This document shows positions 57,581 to 64,000 of a stretch of DNA of 64,000 nucleotides, one piece after another; within the stretch, counting starts at the first letter, position 1; each line of letters opens with the position of its first letter. The DNA is taken from positions 160,001-224,000 of the forward strand of contig CAVPOM010000010.1 of assembly GCA_963707025.1 (NCBI GenBank), read 5' to 3'. A program made the translations under genes and the position numbers. Source of the stretch: an uncultured Verrucomicrobiae bacterium (GTDB lineage Bacteria; Verrucomicrobiota; Verrucomicrobiia; Limisphaerales; Palsa-1400). Under the pieces are notes generated by a model. The model saw only the letters and a program-made list of their open reading frames with translations. It did no database searches and was not told the origin of the DNA.

Positions 57581-60559
57581 ATGAAAATCCACCTCCGTAA
57601 AGGTTGTCTCACGGTCTTTTCCAGTTGCGCGGTGCTCTTGGCGGCGCAATTGGCGGCAATGGCCGGGGGAAGCGTGACCCACCGCTATAGTTTCTTCAAC
57701 ATGCCCGACGGATCCGTTCCTCTGGACTCGGTCGGCAGCGCCAATGGAACGAATCTCGGCACCGCCCAAGTGGTCGGCGGCCAGTTGGATTTGGATGGGG
57801 CGGCCGGCGATTATGTGCAACTGCCGGCCGGCATCATCACCAACGACCAGGCGGTCACGATCGAGGCTTGGGCCACCTACCCACCGCTGGGCACCGGGGG
57901 CCAGGGCGTTTGGGCGAATCTGTTCGACTTTGGCGCGCCGGGCGTGGTGGATGCCGGCAGATCGGACGCCTATAGCGTCTCGTTTTGTGTCAATTCGGGA
58001 GGAACCAGCCAGGACATCGCCGGCATCAGTGATTTCGATGATGCCAACGTGAACCGTCAGAATTGCCTGACCTCGGGCAACCCGCTGGCCGACCAGGCCC
58101 TGGTGCCCGGGACTTATGTCGCCGTGGTTTTCAATCCTCCTGGCGGCTACTCGGCGATCTATGTCAATGGCACGCTGGTGGGAAAACTCTACGGGCTGAC
58201 CAACACGATAACTCCCGGCGTGCGGGACGTGAGCAACCTGATTGGCTATGACAACTGGCCGGACGCCACCATGGAGGGCTTTATCCAGGAGTTCCGCATT
58301 TGGAACGGCGCCCTGAGCCCGCTGGAAATCGCCGCCAGCTACCAGAACGGATCGAATAACATTATCACCAACGCCGGCACGATTACCAGCATCCAATTGC
58401 AGCCTCTCGTCGCGATGGTTTTTGGAGGACGCCAGCAGGCGGCGGTAACGGGCACGGCCTCGTTAATCACCAACACGGTGGATCTGACGGGCTTTTGCAC
58501 TTATACCTCCGGCAACACTCATACCGTCACGGTTGACACCAATGGCGTCATCCGTGCCGTGGGCGTGGGCACCACCACCATCACCGCGTCCAACGCCGCC
58601 CTGTCCTCCGTGCAATCCGTCACGGTCAACGCGCCGGCGCTGGTCATGACCCACCGCTATAGCTTTGCCACCGATGCCTCCGATTCGGTTGGCACCAACA
58701 ACGGAGCCCTGATGGGAACCGCCGCCGTCAGCGGGGGGAAGTTGGTGCTGGACGGCACCACGGGCTGTTATTTGGACCTGAACACAAACCTGGTGAATGG
58801 AACCTCCTACGGGGGCATCATTTCAAGCTATCCATCGGCCACGATTGACTACTGGGCCACGTTTACCACCCTGCAAAACTGGAGTTACGTCTGGGCCTTT
58901 GGCAGCAGCCCCAACGGCGCCGGCGTAAACTATATTCACAACGTGCCCCGGAATGCCGCCCCCCAGCATAGGATTGACCACACCAGTTCCGTCGGCGGCG
59001 CGAACTTCAACATGGCCGGGGATTTTCAAAACGAAACGGTCCACTGCACCACGGTGGTGGATCCCAACAGCGGCATCCTGGCCGTCTTCACCAACGGCGT
59101 TCTGAGCGGCGTGAGCCACGCGGACTCTGGGGCGCTGACCGGCATTGCCACCAACCTGGTTTACATTGGCCGTTCGCTCTGGACCTCCGCCGGCCCGCTG
59201 GGCACGGGGGATCCGTATCTGTTGGGCAGCGTTGACGAATTCCGCGTTTACAGCGGCACCATGACCCCGGTGCAAATCGCCATGGCCGACCTCTCCGGCC
59301 CCGATAACATCAATATTGACCCCGGCGCGCTGCAAAACATCGCGATCGCGCTCCCAGCCAGCATCGAAATGGGACAGGGCGTGGTGGGCGGCTTGATCGC
59401 GAATTACGCCAACCTGCCTAATTACAATGTGGGGTTGAGCATCCTGACCAACAACGGCGTCGTTTTCACCTCCACCGATTCCAACGTTGTGTCGTTCGCC
59501 GGCGGCAGGATCCAAGCCCACAATGTGGGGAGTGCGACCGTCACCGCCACTTACCTGGGTTTAACCAGCAGCCAATTGGTGACCGTAACACGTCCGCCCA
59601 TCCCGGTCTTGGTTCACCAATACACGTTCCACGATGCTCCGGGCAGCACGACTGCGGCCGACACGATCGGGGGCGCGGCCTTCGCCGGCACCCTGCCCAA
59701 CGGCGGCACTTTCACCGGCACCCAGCTCATGTTAGAGGCCAGCAACAACCCGTCTGGAGACGGCGTCACCTTCCTGCCGCAATATGTCCAACTGCCGGTG
59801 GGAATCCTTGCCTCCAATGGGACCGGCACTTCCTACCCGGCGGTGACGATTCAGTTCTGGGCCAGCTTCACTAACACCAACGGGGCGGGCGGCATCTCGC
59901 TGCCCATCCCGGGCAACTCCCAGGTCTTCGCTTTCGGCAACACCGATGCCGGTGGCGCGGGAGATTACTACCTGTTCGCCGCGCCGCAGGGTGGACGCAT
60001 GGCCATCAGCGATGCCGACCCGGGCTATAATGACGAGCAGGGTTCTGGCGGCGCCGGCAACTGGAGCGGCAAGACCAACTTCCAAGTCACGATTGTTTTT
60101 GATTGCCCGGCACACTACGATGCCATCTACACCAATGGCGTCTTCGTATCCGCCGATACATCCGTTACCATTAACATGTCTTCGGTGACCACCAATGACG
60201 TGCTCAACTACCTCAACCATTCGCTCTATACGGGTGATCCCCATTACAGCATGACCTTTAGTGAATTCCGCATTTACAACGGGTCGTTGCTGGCGGATGA
60301 AATAGCCGCCACCCAGGTCTTGGGATCCGGCGCCGTGCTCACGCCGACCAATCGGGTGGCGGCGGGGGCCTCGATTTCCGGCACCAACGCCGTGTTGTCG
60401 TGGCCGCTCACCTCCGCCGGTTTGCATGTCGAGTCAAGCCCGACCGTGAGCGGCGCGGTCTGGACGCCATTTGATGCAACGCCGACGATTGTCGGTAATC
60501 AATTCCAAGTGTCCATCGCTCCCACCGGGACAGCGAATTACTTCCGGTTGAAGAGATGA
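57581..60559 (+). CDS. Secreted protein with three LamG-like jellyroll domains, Ig-like (Big_2) linkers and a C-terminal putative sorting domain
   Basis: Three units beginning THRYSF/HQYTF and ending EFRI(W/Y)NG. Signal peptide. Ends LSWP...ESSP....W...YFRLKR. Confidence 0.9.
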   Translation: MKIHLRKGCLTVFSSCAVLLAAQLAAMAGGSVTHRYSFFNMPDGSVPLDSVGSANGTNLGTAQVVGGQLDLDGAAGDYVQLPAGIITNDQAVTIEAWATYPPLGTGGQGVWANLFDFGAPGVVDAGRSDAYSVSFCVNSGGTSQDIAGISDFDDANVNRQNCLTSGNPLADQALVPGTYVAVVFNPPGGYSAIYVNGTLVGKLYGLTNTITPGVRDVSNLIGYDNWPDATMEGFIQEFRIWNGALSPLEIAASYQNGSNNIITNAGTITSIQLQPLVAMVFGGRQQAAVTGTASLITNTVDLTGFCTYTSGNTHTVTVDTNGVIRAVGVGTTTITASNAALSSVQSVTVNAPALVMTHRYSFATDASDSVGTNNGALMGTAAVSGGKLVLDGTTGCYLDLNTNLVNGTSYGGIISSYPSATIDYWATFTTLQNWSYVWAFGSSPNGAGVNYIHNVPRNAAPQHRIDHTSSVGGANFNMAGDFQNETVHCTTVVDPNSGILAVFTNGVLSGVSHADSGALTGIATNLVYIGRSLWTSAGPLGTGDPYLLGSVDEFRVYSGTMTPVQIAMADLSGPDNINIDPGALQNIAIALPASIEMGQGVVGGLIANYANLPNYNVGLSILTNNGVVFTSTDSNVVSFAGGRIQAHNVGSATVTATYLGLTSSQLVTVTRPPIPVLVHQYTFHDAPGSTTAADTIGGAAFAGTLPNGGTFTGTQLMLEASNNPSGDGVTFLPQYVQLPVGILASNGTGTSYPAVTIQFWASFTNTNGAGGISLPIPGNSQVFAFGNTDAGGAGDYYLFAAPQGGRMAISDADPGYNDEQGSGGAGNWSGKTNFQVTIVFDCPAHYDAIYTNGVFVSADTSVTINMSSVTTNDVLNYLNHSLYTGDPHYSMTFSEFRIYNGSLLADEIAATQVLGSGAVLTPTNRVAAGASISGTNAVLSWPLTSAGLHVESSPTVSGAVWTPFDATPTIVGNQFQVSIAPTGTANYFRLKR

Positions 60560-60595
60560 CAAAGCGGGTGAGACCCGGCTGGGCGATTGCTCAGG

Positions 60596-60634
60596 GCGCG
60601 GGCGGCATGCAGCTGGCGGGCCGCCCACGCTTTT
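60596..60634 (+). terminator. Possible intrinsic terminator after the LamG gene
   Basis: GCGCGGGCGGC...GCCGCCCACGC imperfect stem followed by TTTT. Confidence 0.4.
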
Positions 60635-60676
60635 AAGCAGCGGGGAAATGGAGGTTTTGCCGGTTGGCTGGCCGGT

Positions 60677-60705
60677 TTGTGAAGACATGCAGTGTGTGGT
60701 ATAAT
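60677..60705 (+). promoter_or_regulatory. Extended -10 promoter, probably giving a leaderless mRNA
   Basis: TTGTGA-17bp-TATAAT with TGn. The ATG lies 6 bp after the -10. Confidence 0.65.
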
Positions 60706-60711
60706 GATGTT

Positions 60712-61554
<843 letters not shown>

Positions 61555-61795
61555 GCCTCTCCAGCGGACAGGCGGAGCCGCACCATGGCCGGCCCGCTTC
61601 GCTTCGCTCTGGCGCGGCCCCGACTGATCGGTTGTTCCAAATCGGCTTACCATGGACTCCACCCGCCGGTCTCCCAGGGAGCGCCTTTCACTTCTTTCCC
61701 CGCTGCTTTGCCTTGGGCGGGATTTGAGCGATTCATGCGATTGAGAATTGGTCATTGAGGATTGGTCAACCTGTTCTGGCCGAGGTTTCCATATT

Positions 61796-61858
61796 CGCAA
61801 AATGGCGGTTTTTTTGCGCGAAGTGGCGTTGTTTCCGGGTAGCGGCCGCCGGTAATCT
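61796..61858 (+). promoter_or_regulatory. Second AraC/XylR-type direct-repeat operator plus promoter
   Basis: CGCAAAATGGCG (61796) and CGCGAAGTGGCG (61817), 21 bp apart, abut TTGTTT-18bp-TAATCT. Confidence 0.7.
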
Positions 61859-61919
61859 TCACGCGGTTGGAAGTTTGCAGGCGGTGGTTGGGCTGGCTGA
61901 GGCAGGCTCGGCTGGGGGC

Positions 61920-62151
61920 GAGGCTGTCCCCCACCCCGCTCGACACCGATATCAGGCTCAATGGATGGAAGAAATCCGGGGTGCAAGCCCGGGTCACAAC
62001 CCTGGCCTGCGCCGACGCTGAGGCGGAAAACCTCCTGCACAAGCCCGAAGTCGTCCACCCGCGCAGTGGAGAATTCACTGGCATTGCGCCGCAGTTCGAT
62101 TATATGCTTGCGCTAAATTCGCTCACGACCCTGCGCATTCCGCAACAATGA
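61920..62151 (+). pseudogene. Remnant resembling the C-terminal beta-sandwich of a GH51 alpha-L-arabinofuranosidase
   Basis: TDIRLNG..ARVTTLA.AD.EAENLLHKPEVVHP......IAPQFDY.LALNSLTTLRI resembles GH51 C-termini. No catalytic domain precedes it. Confidence 0.6.
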
Positions 62152-62161
62152 ATCTGGCCAG

Positions 62162-64000
62162 ATGTTCCGCCTTCCTATCCGCAGTGAACTCGCACGACAC
62201 CAACTCTTGAAAACTTCCACTCTGCTTTTGGCGTTAGTTTCCGCGCTGGGCGTCACGCCGGCGCCGGGCAGACGCTCAACCTGACCCACCGCTACAGTTT
62301 TAACGGCAACGCCAACGACCTGGCCGGCACGGCCAACGGGACGTTGCAGGGCGGGGCCGTCATTTCGAACAACGCCCTGGTGCTGGATGGCGTCAACAGT
62401 TATCTGGCGCTGCCGGCCAACGTCGTCACCAATTACACGGCCATTACCCTGGAGGCGTGGGTCACCGATCATGGCAGCGGAGCCTGGGCGCGCATCTTTG
62501 ATTTTGGCAACAACACCGCCGATTACATGTTTCTGGCGCTGCCGGCCGGCGGCGGCAATTTGCGCGGCGCTTACACCACCAGCGGCAACGGGGGGGAACA
62601 GGTCCTGCAGTGGCCCGGTGGCCAGGCCGTCGGCCAGGAATCTCATATCGTGTGGACCACCGACAGCGCAACTCAGTTGGGTTTGCTCTATGTCAACGGT
62701 GTGCCGGTGGGCGCCAATTCGGGCATGACGCTGACGCCCGCCGCCCTGGGCCCAACTGTCAACAATTGGATCGGCCGCTCTCAATTCAGCCCCGACGCCT
62801 ATTTCCAAGGCTCGATTGACGAATTCCGCATCTACAACGCGGCCCTGTCGTCGAATGCGGTTTTACAGGATTACCTGCTCGGGCCGGATGCGCTGGGCGC
62901 CGGCCCCGTCTATTTTTTGGCGCAACCGCAAAGCCAAACGGTGGTCCAGGCCCGCAGCGTGACGTTCAGCGCCGTGGTCGGCGGCATGCCTCCCTACTCC
63001 CTGCAATGGTATCGCAACAGCGCGCCCCTGGCCGGAGCGACCAACCAGACGCTGACCTTTACCGCCGCGCTGACGGACAGCAACGCGAATTACCGGCTTT
63101 GGGCCACCAACATTTACACGAACACCGTTTTCGTCGCCGCGAGCAGCAACGCCGTGCTGACCGTCACCGCCGACACGGTGCCGCCGGTCCTGTTGGGCGC
63201 CCAAAGCGTCTCCACCAACACCATTGAACTGGTTTTCTCAAAACCGCTCAGCGCCGCCACGGCGACGAACCTGGCCAACTATGCCATCATCGGTCCGGCC
63301 GGACTGGTGAGCATCACCGCGGCCACTTTGGACGCCACCGGAAGCAACGTCACGCTCGCCATTCCGCCGCTGGTTTTCGGCGCCAGCTACACCGTGACGG
63401 TCAACGGCGTCACGGATCTGGCCGGCAATCTAATCGCGGCGGGCAGCCAGGCGACCGTCATCTATGTGCCCAATGTCATCACCGTCCAGGCCGATCAGCC
63501 CGGCGTGACGATAAGTTCCAACCTTTTTGGCATCTTCTTCGAGGAACTCAGCTCGGCCGGGGACGGCGGCCTTTACGCCGAACTGGTGCGCAACCGCTCG
63601 TTCGAGGATAACACGAACGCGGATTACTGGACCCTGGTCACCAGCGGCACGGCCGCCGGCACGATGGCTCTGGACACGTCCCTGCCCTTGAGTTCGAGCA
63701 ACCACACTTCCCTGCGCCTGACGCTGGCCGGCGGCGCTGGAACCGTGGGCGCGGCCAACAGCGGTTATTGGGGCATCCCGGTAACTTCAGGCGCGCAGTA
63801 TAACCTCGGCTTTTACGCCCGCTGTTCGAGCGGTTTCTCCGGCTCGATCACCGCCTCGCTGGAAAGTTCCAGCGGGTCCGCCGTCTATGCCTCGTCTCCC
63901 GCGACCGGGGTGACGACCGGGTGGTCGCACTTTACGGCGCAGTTCACGCCCAACGCCACCGACCCGGCGGCCCGCCTGGTTCTGCGCATTTCCCAGCCCG
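62162..64000 (+). CDS. Multidomain secreted GH51 alpha-L-arabinofuranosidase (LamG-Ig-Big_5-GH51), 3'-truncated by the window, with an apparent frameshift after the signal peptide
   Basis: Frame 1 is open from about 62266 to the window end: LTHRYSF LamG, QPQSQ Ig, DTVPP..FSKPL Big_5, then ISSNLFGIFFEELSSAGDGGLYAELVRNRSFE and NSGYWGI (GH51). The signal peptide (LKTSTLLLALVSALGVTPA) is in frame 2, implying a missing base near 62263. Confidence 0.85.

Overview
GC-rich bacterial chromosome segment, most consistent with Verrucomicrobiota subdivision 3 (Pedosphaera/Limisphaera-like). This is inferred from RNase HIII, the ECF-sigma plus Ser/Thr kinase pair, a prepilin-type protein and secreted Ig/LamG proteins ending in a FYR/YFR motif. 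About 45 CDS are supported: housekeeping genes (mutY, rnhC, acs, hpt, acylphosphatase, GT9 heptosyltransferase), glycoside hydrolases (GH5, GH29, GH65-like, GH51), a TonB-receptor/YfiR/two-kinase signalling locus, DUF58-SpoIIM-RDD and BatA/VWA clusters, and a YtrA-type GntR/ABC operon. Mobile DNA includes a REP-associated tyrosine transposase with REP doublets, two kinds of short TIR elements enclosing REP doublets, and an apparently complete group II intron (37739-39696, minus) whose predicted EBS1 matches the tandem repeat it sits in. The best candidate for an undescribed system is an AT-richer two-gene module (40270-43938): a STAND/AAA+-like ATPase plus a protein with nine 46-aa TPR-like repeats and no visible effector. 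A shared direct-repeat operator/promoter architecture defines a small AraC/XylR-type regulon (56251-64000) carrying two frameshifts and a GH51 remnant. No rRNA, tRNA or CRISPR array was seen. All calls come from reading motifs by eye; no database searches were run.
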